Shown: positions 32,174 to 42,007 of the stretch, in pieces
Position numbering within the stretch: the stretch's first letter is position 1
How the letters are laid out: each line of letters begins with the position of its first letter
Assembly: GCA_021413445.1 (NCBI GenBank)
Contig: JAIOQI010000042.1
Coordinates: forward strand, 2,588 to 66,587
Length of the DNA: 64,000 nt
Reading direction: 5' to 3'
DNA from: Alphaproteobacteria bacterium
Lineage (GTDB): Bacteria > Pseudomonadota > Alphaproteobacteria > Micavibrionales > UBA2020
Notes under the pieces: generated by a model
What the model was told of the DNA's origin: nothing
What the model saw: the letters and a program-made list of their open reading frames with translations, nothing else
The model's database searches: none
Program-made: the position numbers and the translations under genes

Positions 32174-34612
32174 TTAATACAACCCGCCCAGGCCGGTATC
32201 CACGCCCTCGCCGGCATTGGTCAGGTCGGAAACGGGGGTGATGCCGTGGCCGGTGAACATCATCGGCTCGTCGCCCGGCTCGTTGCCTTCCACGAAAGCT
32301 TCCAGGATGGTTTTTTCATCGCCGGGCTTGGCCCGGGTGCCGGTCAGCTGGTTGATCTGCACCAGGCGGATGCCTTCCGGCACGCGGAAGGGCGACGGCG
32401 GCACATCCCTGAGCGCTTTTTCCATGAACTCCCTCACCACCGGAACCGCCACCGTCGCGCCGGTTTCCCTGGAGCCCATCGTCCGCGGCTCGTCAAAACC
32501 GATATAAACGCCGACGATAATATCCGGCGTAAAGCCGATGAACCAGGTGTCCTTGGAATCGTTGGTGGTGCCGGTTTTTCCGGCAATCGGGCGGCCGATG
32601 TCCTTAATCAGCGTGGCGGTGCCGCGCTGGACGACGCCCTCCAGCATCGACTCGATCTGATACATGTTGCGGGGATCGGCGATCTGCTCGCGGTTGTCGG
32701 CGACATCCGGCACCGGCTGTCCGTTCCAGGCGATCAGCGGGCCGCAGCCGGGGCAGGCCGGGGACTGCCCGTGGCCGTAAATGGTCTTGCCGTTCCTGTC
32801 CTGGATGCGGTCGATCATGGTCGGCAGCACTTTTTTGCCGCCGTTCACGAAACTGCTGTAGCCGGCGACCATGCGCAGCAGGGTGGTTTCCCCCGCACCC
32901 ACCGCCATCGACAGCAATGGCGGCATGGCGTCGATGATGCCGAAGCGCTTGGCCGTGTCCGAAATCTTGTCCATGCCGACATAGCTGGCGAGGCGGATTG
33001 TCATCAGGTTGCGCGATTTTTCGATGCCGATGCGCATCGGCACGGGGCCTTCAAAATCCCCGTGATAGTTTTTCGGTTTCCATCTTTGCAGGCCCGGCCC
33101 CTGGTCAAAGACGAAAGGCGCATCCAGCACCAGCGTCGCCGGCGTGAACCCCTGCTCCAGCGCCGTCAGGTAAACGAAGGGCTTGAAAGCGGAGCCGGGC
33201 TGGCGGATCGCCTGGGTCGCGCGGTTGAACTCGCTCATCTCGTAGCTGAATCCGCCCGCTGCCGCAAAGACCCGCCCGGTATGCGGGTCCATGGCGAGGA
33301 TGCCGCCCTGCACGCGCGGAATCTGGCGCAGCCAATAGACCGCCCTGTCGCCGTCTTTGTCTTTTTCACCCGCAGCCTCGACGAGCCAGACATCGCCTTC
33401 CTTCAAAAGGTCGCTGACCTTGGCGGGGGTCACGCCCTTTTTCCGCGCCCACTTCATTTTGTCGTAAGAGATGACGCCCTTTTTGCCGTCGATGAGGCCG
33501 ATCACGGCGCGTTTGTCGCCGCTCTCCAGAACCACCGCCAGGTCGAAATCACCCATGCCGGCGGGATGCTCCACCTTGCCCAGGGCTTCCGCCCACGTGT
33601 CGCCGGCATCGATATGCGCCACCGGCGCGCTGTGCAGCCCGTAACGCACATCATAGCCGATCAGCCCGTTGCGCAGCGCCTTCTCGGCGATCTTCTGGTA
33701 TTGAGGGACCAGCGTGGTCTGGGCGATCAGGCCGCCTTCATAGAGGCCCTTTTCACCGTAAAGCTCCATCAGCCGCCGGCGCACTTCCTCGGCGAAATAA
33801 GGGTAATTCGCATACTGGTCGCTGTCGCGCTTCACGATGGTGATCGGCTTGCCGACCGCGGCGTCGCCTTCGGCCCTTGTGGCATAGCCGTTATCGACCA
33901 TCTGGCTGATGACCCAGTTGCGCCGCGCCAGCGCCGCCGCGTAATGTTTTTCGGGATTGTAGTTGTTCGGCCCCTTCGGCAGGGCGGCGAGATAAGCCGC
34001 CTCCTCGAGGGTCAGTTCGTCCAGCGGCTTGTTGAAATATTCCAGCGCGGCGGCGGCGACGCCGTAGGTGCCCGCCCCCATGAAAATCTCGTTGAGATAG
34101 AGCTGCAGGATCTGCTCCTTGGTGTAGGCTTTCTCGATGCGGAAGGACAAAATGGCTTCCTTGATCTTGCGCGCATAACTCACCTCATTGGTCAGCAAAA
34201 AATTCTTCGCCACCTGCTGGGTGATGGTGGAGGCCCCCACTTTCCGCTTGCTGGTATGGCTGAGGTTGATGAAGACCGCCCGGATAATCCCGAAGGCATC
34301 GATGCCGGAATGGGTGTAGAAGTTCTTGTCTTCCGCCGAAATGAAGGCGTGAATGACCAGCGGCGGCACCGTCGCGATCGGCACATAGACGCGCTTTTCC
34401 GTGGCGAATTCGGCCAGCAGCCGGCCGTCGCTGGCATAGGCGCGGGTCACGATCGGCGGTTCGTAATTGGCCAGCGCATGATAATCCGGCAGATCCCGCC
34501 CGAAGTAGTAAAGCAGCGCCGCGACGATGGCGGCGCCGCCGATCAGGGCGACCATTGCCAGCGACAGCAGCGCCGGCAGCATAGGCAGTGTCTTGAGGCG
34601 GGATTCCATCAC
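32174..34612 (-). CDS. mrcA: penicillin-binding protein 1A (bifunctional glycosyltransferase/transpeptidase)
   Basis: 812 aa. GT51 motifs EDKNFYTHSGID and GASTITQQVAKN. Transpeptidase motifs SAFKPF (SxxK) and KTGTTND. Confidence 0.95.
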   Translation of the reverse strand: MMESRLKTLPMLPALLSLAMVALIGGAAIVAALLYYFGRDLPDYHALANYEPPIVTRAYASDGRLLAEFATEKRVYVPIATVPPLVIHAFISAEDKNFYTHSGIDAFGIIRAVFINLSHTSKRKVGASTITQQVAKNFLLTNEVSYARKIKEAILSFRIEKAYTKEQILQLYLNEIFMGAGTYGVAAAALEYFNKPLDELTLEEAAYLAALPKGPNNYNPEKHYAAALARRNWVISQMVDNGYATRAEGDAAVGKPITIVKRDSDQYANYPYFAEEVRRRLMELYGEKGLYEGGLIAQTTLVPQYQKIAEKALRNGLIGYDVRYGLHSAPVAHIDAGDTWAEALGKVEHPAGMGDFDLAVVLESGDKRAVIGLIDGKKGVISYDKMKWARKKGVTPAKVSDLLKEGDVWLVEAAGEKDKDGDRAVYWLRQIPRVQGGILAMDPHTGRVFAAAGGFSYEMSEFNRATQAIRQPGSAFKPFVYLTALEQGFTPATLVLDAPFVFDQGPGLQRWKPKNYHGDFEGPVPMRIGIEKSRNLMTIRLASYVGMDKISDTAKRFGIIDAMPPLLSMAVGAGETTLLRMVAGYSSFVNGGKKVLPTMIDRIQDRNGKTIYGHGQSPACPGCGPLIAWNGQPVPDVADNREQIADPRNMYQIESMLEGVVQRGTATLIKDIGRPIAGKTGTTNDSKDTWFIGFTPDIIVGVYIGFDEPRTMGSRETGATVAVPVVREFMEKALRDVPPSPFRVPEGIRLVQINQLTGTRAKPGDEKTILEAFVEGNEPGDEPMMFTGHGITPVSDLTNAGEGVDTGLGGLY

Positions 34613-34623
34613 ATGCGCCCTGG

Positions 34624-35391
34624 TTATGTTTCCATCTTGATCGGGCCTTCGGCGCGGCCGCGAATGAACTGATCGACATATTCATTGCCGGAATGGTCGA
34701 TGTCCTTGGCGGGCCCGTGCCAGATGATCTGGCCCTTGTAAATCATGGCGATATTGTCGGCGATCTTGCGCGCGCTCGCCATGTCGTGGGTGATCGACAG
34801 GGTCGTGGCGCCCAGCTCCTTGCTGGCGCTGACGATCAGGTCGTTGATCACGTCGGCCATGATCGGGTCGAGGCCGGTGGTCGGCTCGTCGAAAAAGATG
34901 ATTTCGGGACTGGCGGCGACCGCCCGGGCGAGGCCGACGCGCTTTTGCATGCCGCCGGAAAGCTCCGCCGGGAAAAGATCCGCCACGCGGGGCGACAGCC
35001 CCACCGAGCGCAGTTTCTCGATGGCGATGTTTTTGGCTTCCTTGCGGTCCATCGCCTTGCCCTGGATCAGCCCGAAAGCGACATTTTCCCACACCGCCAG
35101 GCTGTCGAACAAGGCGCCGCCCTGGAACAGCATGCCGAATTTCTTCATGAAAAAGTCGCGCTCGCGCGGCTTCAGTTTCGTCGTTTCCTGGCCATCGACC
35201 TTGATCGAGCCCTTGTCGGGGTGGACGATGCCCAGCACCGATTTTATCATCACCGATTTTCCGGTGCCGGAACCGCCGATCACCACCAGCGACTTGCCCT
35301 TTTCAATGGCGATGTCGATCCCCCGCAGCACATGGTTGCTGCCGAAGGATTTATAAACCCCTTTTAACTCCAGTTTTGGAACGGCGCCCAT
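34624..35391 (-). CDS. mlaF: MlaF-like ABC transporter ATP-binding protein
   Basis: 255 aa. GGSGTGKS, LSGGMQKR, IFFDEPTTGLDP. Confidence 0.88.
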   Translation of the reverse strand: MGAVPKLELKGVYKSFGSNHVLRGIDIAIEKGKSLVVIGGSGTGKSVMIKSVLGIVHPDKGSIKVDGQETTKLKPRERDFFMKKFGMLFQGGALFDSLAVWENVAFGLIQGKAMDRKEAKNIAIEKLRSVGLSPRVADLFPAELSGGMQKRVGLARAVAASPEIIFFDEPTTGLDPIMADVINDLIVSASKELGATTLSITHDMASARKIADNIAMIYKGQIIWHGPAKDIDHSGNEYVDQFIRGRAEGPIKMET

Positions 35392-35394
35392 CTG

Positions 35395-36216
35395 TCACTT
35401 CCCCGTGAAAAAGAGTTGCGTGAGGAAGTAGTTGCTGATGAGGATCAGGATCGACGAGGAAACCACGGCATTGGTCGTGGCCGCGCCCACGCCCTGCGCG
35501 CCCCGGTCGGAGTTGAAGCCGTGATAGCAGCCCATCAGCGTCACGATGAAGCCGAAAGTCGCCGCTTTCCACAGGCCGGAAATGACGTCCATCCGCTCCA
35601 GGTATTCCCAGGTCTTGTGCAGGTAATTCTCCGGGATGAAGCCCAGCGAATAAATACTGACGACATAGCCGCCGAACACGCCGATGATGTCGCCGATCAG
35701 GACCAGCGCCGGCAGCATCAGCGTCCCCGCGATCAGGCGCGGCGCAATCAGGTATTTGAAGGGATTGGTGGACAAGGTAGTCAGCGCGTCAATCTGCTCC
35801 GTCACGCGCATGGTGCCGATTTCCGCCGCGATCGAGGCGCCGACGCGCCCCGCCACCATCAACCCGGCCAGCACCGGCGACAGCTCCCTGGTGATCGACA
35901 GCACCACGACGGTGGCGATTGCCCCCTCGGCCGAAAAGCGGGAGAAACCGCTGTAGCTTTGCAGCGCCAGCACCATGCCGGTGAACAGCGTCGTCAGGCC
36001 GACCACCGGCAAAGAATAAAAGCCGATGTTTATCAGCTGCCGCAGCAGCAGGCGCGGGAAGATCGGCGGGGCGAAACAATGATAAATGCTGTGACCGGCA
36101 AACTGCGCCAGCCGCCCGACCGCGGCGAAAAATGCCAGCGTCGTCTTGCCGAGCGTTTGCAGCACACCCGTAAAACCGTCCGTCATCGAAAATGTTTTTT
36201 CTTCAGCGCCGCTCAT
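35395..36216 (-). CDS. mlaE: MlaE-like ABC transporter permease
   Basis: 273 aa. The MlaE/YrbE family pattern ...ITRELSPVLAGLMVAGRVGASIAAEIGTMRVTEQIDAL... Confidence 0.88.
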   Translation of the reverse strand: MSGAEEKTFSMTDGFTGVLQTLGKTTLAFFAAVGRLAQFAGHSIYHCFAPPIFPRLLLRQLINIGFYSLPVVGLTTLFTGMVLALQSYSGFSRFSAEGAIATVVVLSITRELSPVLAGLMVAGRVGASIAAEIGTMRVTEQIDALTTLSTNPFKYLIAPRLIAGTLMLPALVLIGDIIGVFGGYVVSIYSLGFIPENYLHKTWEYLERMDVISGLWKAATFGFIVTLMGCYHGFNSDRGAQGVGAATTNAVVSSSILILISNYFLTQLFFTGK

Positions 36217-36222
36217 ATCTGT

Positions 36223-37353
36223 CTATCCCTGTCCTGAATAAATCCTTTTGTATCTCCTGCCGAGGTTGGTCAGTATTTCGTAGCCGATCAGCTTGGTCGC
36301 CGCCGCCACGTCATCGACCGTCTGGTGATCGCCGATGATCTCCGCCCATTCCCCGGCCTGGGGCGCGGGCGCCACCTTCGTGACATCCGCGGCGATCAGG
36401 TCCATCGAGATGCGGCCCACCACCGGGCAGGCATGCCCCCGGACATGAACCATGCCGTCCCCCGTGATGCTCCTCATATAACCATCTGCATATCCTACTG
36501 AAAGGATAGCCAATTTTGCCGGAGTTGACACTTGATAACTCGCACCGTAACCAACGGTTTCCCCCCTGTCAACGTCCTTGATTTGCAGAATGCGCACCTT
36601 GAATGTCACGATGCCCTGCATCAGATTTGGCGCGACGCTCGACGGGTTGATTCCATAAAGCGCGGCGCCAGGGCGCACCTGATCGAAATGATAGTCAGTC
36701 CCCAGAAAGATCCCCGCCGAATTGGCGAAGCTGAGGCGGCTGGGCAGGCCCAATTGGGCGGTCAGGCGCCGGAAAGCTTCCAGTTGCTCCTTGTTTTTGG
36801 GATGCGCCGGCTCGTCGGCGCAGGCCAGGTGGCTCAGCAGGTACCGCACGTCCAGCGGTTTCAAAATTTCGGGGTCGGCTGTCAGCCGGGCCACTTCCTC
36901 CGCCGTCACGCCGAGGCGGTTCATCCCGGTGTCGATCTGGATCACGGCGGGCAGACGCTGCCCGGTTTTCCGGGCAAAGCCGGACCAGTACTCAATATCG
37001 CCCCAAGAGTTCAGCACCGGGATCAGGTTGCTGCGGACAAATTCCTCCGCCTTCATGCCGAAAGGCCCGTGCAGGACATAGACCTGCGCCTCCCGGCCGT
37101 TCAGCGCCTGGCGGACGGCTACCCCTTCGCCCGCATGCGCCGCGTAAAAATGGCGGCAATTGGCCTTATAGAGTTCAACCGCTACTTCAGCGGCGCCGAT
37201 GCCATAGGCGTCGGCCTTCACCACGGCGGCGCAGTCGGCGCCCTTGGCCAGTTTTTTTTGCAGGGAAAGATAGTTCCAGCGCACCCGGTCCAGATGGATT
37301 TCAAGGTGGCCCAGCGGCCCCGTGCGGCCCGGATCACTCAGTGGGATCGACAC
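36223..37353 (-). CDS. alr: alanine racemase
   Basis: The track ORF (to 37494) runs 160 nt into dnaB with an Arg/Ser-rich N-terminus. GTG 37353 (VSIPLSDPG) gives 376 aa and still overlaps the dnaB stop by 20 nt. PLP-lysine context AVVKADAYGIG. Confidence 0.88.
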   Translation of the reverse strand: MSIPLSDPGRTGPLGHLEIHLDRVRWNYLSLQKKLAKGADCAAVVKADAYGIGAAEVAVELYKANCRHFYAAHAGEGVAVRQALNGREAQVYVLHGPFGMKAEEFVRSNLIPVLNSWGDIEYWSGFARKTGQRLPAVIQIDTGMNRLGVTAEEVARLTADPEILKPLDVRYLLSHLACADEPAHPKNKEQLEAFRRLTAQLGLPSRLSFANSAGIFLGTDYHFDQVRPGAALYGINPSSVAPNLMQGIVTFKVRILQIKDVDRGETVGYGASYQVSTPAKLAILSVGYADGYMRSITGDGMVHVRGHACPVVGRISMDLIAADVTKVAPAPQAGEWAEIIGDHQTVDDVAAATKLIGYEILTNLGRRYKRIYSGQG

Positions 37354-38839
37354 GATAATTTTCCAAATTGCTGAAGCGCGTGAATTCCCCCTCGAAGTGG
37401 AGCTTGATCGTGCCGATCGGGCCGTGGCGCTGCTTGGCGATGATGCATTCCGCAACCTTGAAGCTCTCTTCCATGCGCTTCTGCCAGTCGGCATAGCGCT
37501 GGTTGAATTTGTCTTCGCCTTCCTCGGGGCGGCGCGCCGGCTGTTCGCGCTCCAGGTAATATTCCTCGCGATAGACGAACATCACCACGTCGGCGTCCTG
37601 CTCGATGGAGCCCGACTCGCGCAGGTCGGACAGCTGCGGGCGCTTGTTGTCGCGGTTCTCGACCGCGCGGCTGAGCTGCGACAGCGCCAGCACCGGCACG
37701 TCCAGTTCCTTGGCGATGGCCTTCAGGCCGCGGGTGATCTCGGAAACCTCCTGCACGCGGTTGTCGGCATTGGCGCGGCCGGAGCCCTGGATCAGCTGCA
37801 GGTAATCGATGACGATCATGCCCAGCTTGTGCTGGCGCTGCAGGCGCCGCGCGCGGGTGCGGATGGCGCTGATGGTCAGCGCCGGGGTATCGTCGATGAA
37901 CAGCGGCACGGACGATAAAGTCTGGCTGGCCTCGACGAATTTGTGGAAATCGGTATCGCGCACTTCGCCACGGCGGATCTTGTCCGACGCGACATTGGAA
38001 AGATCGGCGAGAATCCGGGTCGCCAGCTGTTCGGCGGACATTTCAAGAGAGAAAAACCCGACCACCGCGCCCTCTTTGGCGTGATGCTCGACATGGGCGC
38101 GCGCCGCGCTCAGGGCGATGTTGGTGGCGAGCGCCGTCTTGCCCATCGACGGGCGGCCGGCGAGGATGACCAGGTCGGATTTCTGCAGCCCGCCGAGTTT
38201 TTTATCGATGTCGATCAGGCCGGTGGTCACGCCGGTCACCTGGCCCTCGCGCTGATAGGCGACCTGCGCCTGGGCAATGGCGCGGGTGAGGGATTCGCGG
38301 AAGGCGACAAAGCCGCCCTTGACCTCGCCGGCGGTCGCCAGCTCGAACAGGCGCCGTTCGGTCTGCTCGATCTGCTGCGACGCGTCCAGGTCGATATTGT
38401 GGTCATAGGCGTCGTTCACCACGTCTTCGCCCATCGCGATCAGGGCGCGGCGGAGGTGCAGCTCGTAAATCGTGCGCCCGTAGTCGGCGACGTTCGCCAC
38501 GCTGATGACGCTGGAGGCAAGGTCGGACAAATACTGCCCGCCGCCGACATGCGACAGGTCGGCGTCTTTCTCGAAAAAGTTTTTCAGCGTGATCGGGCTG
38601 GCATCCTGCCCGCGCTCGATGAACTTGGCGATGGCGTCATAAATGCGGCCGTGCACGGGATTGTAAAAATGCTCCGCGCGCAGGAATTCGGAGACCTTCT
38701 CCAGCGCCTTGTTGTTGACCAGCAGGGCGCCGAGCAGCGCCTGCTCCACTTCCTCGTTATGCGGCATGACGCGGTAATCCGCCTCGGTCAGGGGGCGGCT
38801 GTTGGCAAGGTCGGCAAGCTTGACGGCGTCTGAGGTCAT
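37334..38839 (-). CDS. dnaB: replicative DNA helicase DnaB
   Basis: 501 aa. Walker A GRPSMGKTA, and an N-terminal PHNEEVEQALLGALL. Confidence 0.96.
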   Translation of the reverse strand: MTSDAVKLADLANSRPLTEADYRVMPHNEEVEQALLGALLVNNKALEKVSEFLRAEHFYNPVHGRIYDAIAKFIERGQDASPITLKNFFEKDADLSHVGGGQYLSDLASSVISVANVADYGRTIYELHLRRALIAMGEDVVNDAYDHNIDLDASQQIEQTERRLFELATAGEVKGGFVAFRESLTRAIAQAQVAYQREGQVTGVTTGLIDIDKKLGGLQKSDLVILAGRPSMGKTALATNIALSAARAHVEHHAKEGAVVGFFSLEMSAEQLATRILADLSNVASDKIRRGEVRDTDFHKFVEASQTLSSVPLFIDDTPALTISAIRTRARRLQRQHKLGMIVIDYLQLIQGSGRANADNRVQEVSEITRGLKAIAKELDVPVLALSQLSRAVENRDNKRPQLSDLRESGSIEQDADVVMFVYREEYYLEREQPARRPEEGEDKFNQRYADWQKRMEESFKVAECIIAKQRHGPIGTIKLHFEGEFTRFSNLENYRVDPTE

Positions 38840-38911
38840 GCCGTGGAGAGTAGCAAAATAATCGCCGCGAATGAATGATTCTTGCGGGAAATTTTGTGTC
38901 TTTTTCCGCCC

Positions 38912-38945
38912 GATAAAGAAACGGCCCGCTTTTGAGGGCGGGCCG
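38912..38945 (-). terminator. rho-independent terminator after rplI
   Basis: On the minus strand: CGGCCCGC-cctcaaaa-GCGGGCCG followed by TTTCTTTAT. Confidence 0.7.
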
Positions 38946-38972
38946 CTGGATATGGAACAAAACGGGAAAGAA

Positions 38973-39581
38973 TCAGGCTTTTTCCGCTTCGGCGTCTTTT
39001 TCTTCAGCGGCCTTTTTAGCGGCAGCCTTATCGACGGCTTCTGAAGCCGCGATCGCGGCCGCTTCAGATTCGGCGACTTCTTTTTCGCTCTTGGTGATGA
39101 GGGCTTCGCCTTTTTCTTCCTGAATTTTCGCTTCTTCCACGGAACGGGCGATGTTGATGGTGGCGTTCACCACCACTTCAGGATGCAGATAGACCTTCAC
39201 CGGGTAAAGGCCGAGGACCTTGTAGTTGCGGTCCATGCGGACTTGCCCGCGATCGACCTTGAAACCCTTGGCGACGACGCCTTCGGCGATGTCGCGCGCC
39301 GTCACGGAACCGTACAGCGAGCCCGCTTCGGACGCCTGGCGGATGATGGCGATCGTGAGACCATCCATCTTCTTGGCGATTTTTTCGGCCTCGATCTTGC
39401 GTTTCAGGTTATCGGCTTCCAGCGCTTTTTTCTGGCCGTCGAAGTAAAGAACGTTCTCTTTGGTGGCCCGCAGCGCCTTTTGGCTCGGCAGCAGGAAATT
39501 GCGTGCATAACCGGGCTTGACGTTAACCACGTCTCCCATCTGGCCCAGGCTCTCAACGCGCTCCAGCAATATGACTTGCAT
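38973..39581 (-). CDS. rplI: 50S ribosomal protein L9
   Basis: 202 aa. [32 protein letters not shown], with an Ala/Glu-rich C-terminal extension. Confidence 0.96.
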   Translation of the reverse strand: MQVILLERVESLGQMGDVVNVKPGYARNFLLPSQKALRATKENVLYFDGQKKALEADNLKRKIEAEKIAKKMDGLTIAIIRQASEAGSLYGSVTARDIAEGVVAKGFKVDRGQVRMDRNYKVLGLYPVKVYLHPEVVVNATINIARSVEEAKIQEEKGEALITKSEKEVAESEAAAIAASEAVDKAAAKKAAEEKDAEAEKA

Positions 39582-39594
39582 TGTTCAGCACTCC

Positions 39595-39912
39595 TTAATT
39601 TGACACGTAAGGCAGCAGGGCGAGGAAGCGGGCGCGCTTGATTTCGCGCGCCAGCGTGCGCTGTGCCTTCTGTGATACTGCCGTGATACGGCTGGGGACG
39701 ATCTTGCCGCGCTCGGAAATGTAGCGGCCGAGCAGCTTGACGTCTTTATAGTCGATGACTTGCGCCTTGTCGCCGCTGAACGGGCAGGTCTTGCGGCGCT
39801 TGAAGAACGGGCGGCGTCCGCCGGCGCCTTTCGCGTCGCGGTCTCCGCCCGGCTTGCCGTCACGGTCGCCGAAAGACTTCTTCTCGCCGTATGATTTTTT
39901 CTCGAAAGCCAT
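39595..39912 (-). CDS. rpsR: 30S ribosomal protein S18
   Basis: 105 aa. CPF...[24 protein letters not shown]. Confidence 0.96.
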   Translation of the reverse strand: MAFEKKSYGEKKSFGDRDGKPGGDRDAKGAGGRRPFFKRRKTCPFSGDKAQVIDYKDVKLLGRYISERGKIVPSRITAVSQKAQRTLAREIKRARFLALLPYVSN

Positions 39913-40307
39913 TATGCACCACCTTCTTTGGAGAATTTTGGTTTGTCGCCGTAAAAGCCGCCGCGCTCGCCGCGTTCGTCATCAGACGACGGCTTGAGGA
40001 TCGCGGAAGGGCCTTCCGGAATTTTTTCGATCGACACCGTCATGAAGCGCAGGACGTCTTCATTAAGGCCCATGTTGCGCTCCATTTCGGTAATCGCCTT
40101 GGACGGCGCGTCGAAATGCATCAGCGTGTAATGGCCTTTGCGGTTCTTTTTGATTTTGTAAGCGAGGGTGCGCAGGCCCCAGCTCTCGGTATTCTTCAGC
40201 TGGCCGCCGTTGTCATTGACGATTTTGCCGAAGGCTGTGGCAAGGTCTTCCGCCTGTTTGGCAGAAATATCTTGCCGCGCGATAAACACGGTTTCGTATA
40301 AAGGCAT
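39912..40307 (-). CDS. rpsF: 30S ribosomal protein S6
   Basis: 131 aa. [13 protein letters not shown]...[12 protein letters not shown]. Its stop overlaps the rpsR start by 1 nt (TAATG). Confidence 0.96.
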   Translation of the reverse strand: MPLYETVFIARQDISAKQAEDLATAFGKIVNDNGGQLKNTESWGLRTLAYKIKKNRKGHYTLMHFDAPSKAITEMERNMGLNEDVLRFMTVSIEKIPEGPSAILKPSSDDERGERGGFYGDKPKFSKEGGA

Positions 40308-40435
40308 TCTTCATTCCCTTGGTTCTAGCTGGACTGCCGCTGCATCGCCAAACCATTTGACCACCAGCCGCACAGCCCTCAGCCGCCCGGACAAACCGGA
40401 CAGCGGGATTCGCACATTTATTGTACGAGTGGGGA

Positions 40436-40464
40436 AATATAGTGATTCCGCCCTTAAAAGCAAG
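40436..40464 (-). promoter_or_regulatory. candidate rpsF operon promoter (CTTGCT-N17-TATATT)
   Basis: Read on the minus strand. It would leave a structured 5' UTR of about 125 nt before rpsF. Confidence 0.4.
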
Positions 40465-40592
40465 AAATTTCCGATATTTTGAAAATAGCCTCGTTGTTTT
40501 TCATAACCCCCAAGCAAAGAGCCGCCCCCTTGATCTTCCCCCTATTCACAGGTAACAATCCTGCATATCCAACAACTTAGGATTATGCAAAT

Positions 40593-41534
40593 ATGCGCGC
40601 TTTTATATTCCCCGGACAGGGCAGCCAATTCGTCGGCATGGGCAAGGATCTGGCCGAGGCCTTTCCGCTTGCCCGCGAGACGTTTCAGGAAGTCGATGAC
40701 GCGCTCGGCCAGCACCTCAGCAAGATCATGTTCGAGGGCGCGGAGAGCGACCTCAACCTGACCGAAAACACCCAGCCCGCGCTGATGGCGGTGAGCCTGG
40801 CGGTGACGCGGATTTTACAACAAGCCAAGCCGGACCTGCTGACCCCGGCCAAAACCAAGTTCGTCGCCGGCCATTCGCTGGGCGAATATTCGGCCCTGAC
40901 GGCGGCGGGATCGTTCCAGCTGAAAGACACGGCGAAACTTTTGAAAACCCGCGGGCTGGCGATGCAAAAAGCGGTGCCGGTCGGGGTCGGCGCGATGGCG
41001 GCGATTCTCGGCCTCGAAATCTCCGATGTGACGGCGATCGCCAAGGAAGCCAGCGGCGTTGAAACCGTCGCCGCCGCCAATGACAATTCCTTCGGCCAGA
41101 TCGTCGTCAGCGGCCACAAGGGCGCGGTGGAAAAAGCCATTGCCCTGGCCACCGCCAAGGGCGCCAAGCGCGCGATCCTGCTGTCGGTCTCCGCCCCCTT
41201 CCATTGCAGCCTGATGAAACCGGCGGCGGACGCCATGCGCGAGGCGCTGGCTGCGGTGGAGATCAAGCCGCCCTCGGTGCCGCTGGTCGCCAATATCACC
41301 GCCGAAGCCGTCACCGATCCGGCCAAAATCCGCCAGTTGTTGATTGAGCAGGTGACTGGCATGGTGCGCTGGCGCGAGTCCGTGCTTTATATGAAGGCGC
41401 AGGGCGTGACCACCCTCATCGAACTGGGTGCGGGCAAGGTCCTGAACGGACTGACCAGGCGCATTGACGCCGAACTGACCGGGCGCGCCGTCGGCGCGCC
41501 GAAAGATATCGAAGAATTTATCGCAACGCTCTGA
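40593..41534 (+). CDS. fabD: malonyl-CoA:ACP transacylase
   Basis: 313 aa. FPGQGSQ and active-site GHSLGEYSA. Confidence 0.96.
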   Translation: MRAFIFPGQGSQFVGMGKDLAEAFPLARETFQEVDDALGQHLSKIMFEGAESDLNLTENTQPALMAVSLAVTRILQQAKPDLLTPAKTKFVAGHSLGEYSALTAAGSFQLKDTAKLLKTRGLAMQKAVPVGVGAMAAILGLEISDVTAIAKEASGVETVAAANDNSFGQIVVSGHKGAVEKAIALATAKGAKRAILLSVSAPFHCSLMKPAADAMREALAAVEIKPPSVPLVANITAEAVTDPAKIRQLLIEQVTGMVRWRESVLYMKAQGVTTLIELGAGKVLNGLTRRIDAELTGRAVGAPKDIEEFIATL

Positions 41535-41548
41535 GAGGAAGCCACGGC

Positions 41549-41992
41549 ATGGCCTGGATCATATACGCATTGCTGGCCGCGATACTCTGGGGCGGCACTT
41601 ACCTGATGTACGAGCTGCTATTGAAAAGCGTTTCGGCGTCGTCAATCCTGTTCGCCAGCTCCCTCGGCGCCACGCTGGTGTTCCTCGGCTGGGTCGTGTC
41701 CGACGGCTCGTTTGAAAAAGACTGGCAGATCCTGAAAAAGGGCGGCAGCGAAACCAATCTTCTGCTCGGCATCACCCTTCTCGCCGTGCTGGCCAATTTC
41801 GCCTTCCTCGCCAGCATGCGCCTGAAAAACGCCACCCTGTCCGGCCTGGTCGAGATCACCTACCCCCTGTTCACGGCTTTGTTCGCCTGGGTTTTCCTCA
41901 AGGACGCGCAATTGTCGATGGGGACCTTTCTCGGCGCGCTGCTGATTATGGCCGGGGTCATCTGCATTTCCTATTTTGAAAAATTAACCTGA
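41549..41992 (+). CDS. single-EamA-domain (half-size DMT) membrane protein
   Basis: 147 aa with 4-5 TM helices, own RBS GAGGAAG, and EamA-like LLAAILWGGTY. Embedded between fabD and fabG. Confidence 0.75.
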   Translation: MAWIIYALLAAILWGGTYLMYELLLKSVSASSILFASSLGATLVFLGWVVSDGSFEKDWQILKKGGSETNLLLGITLLAVLANFAFLASMRLKNATLSGLVEITYPLFTALFAWVFLKDAQLSMGTFLGALLIMAGVICISYFEKLT

Positions 41993-42007
41993 AGAAGGAG
42001 ATTTCAC

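Noticed and set aside
37354-37494. Long version of alr (423 aa) reaching 160 nt into dnaB
   Set aside because: The extra residues are Ser/Arg-rich and have no alanine racemase homology. GTG 37353 yields the usual ~376 aa.
40308-40435. Possible S6:S18-binding ribosomal leader structure in the rpsF 5' UTR
   Set aside because: The UTR length and GC-rich pairing potential are suggestive, but I cannot match the motif by eye. It needs an Infernal/Rfam scan.
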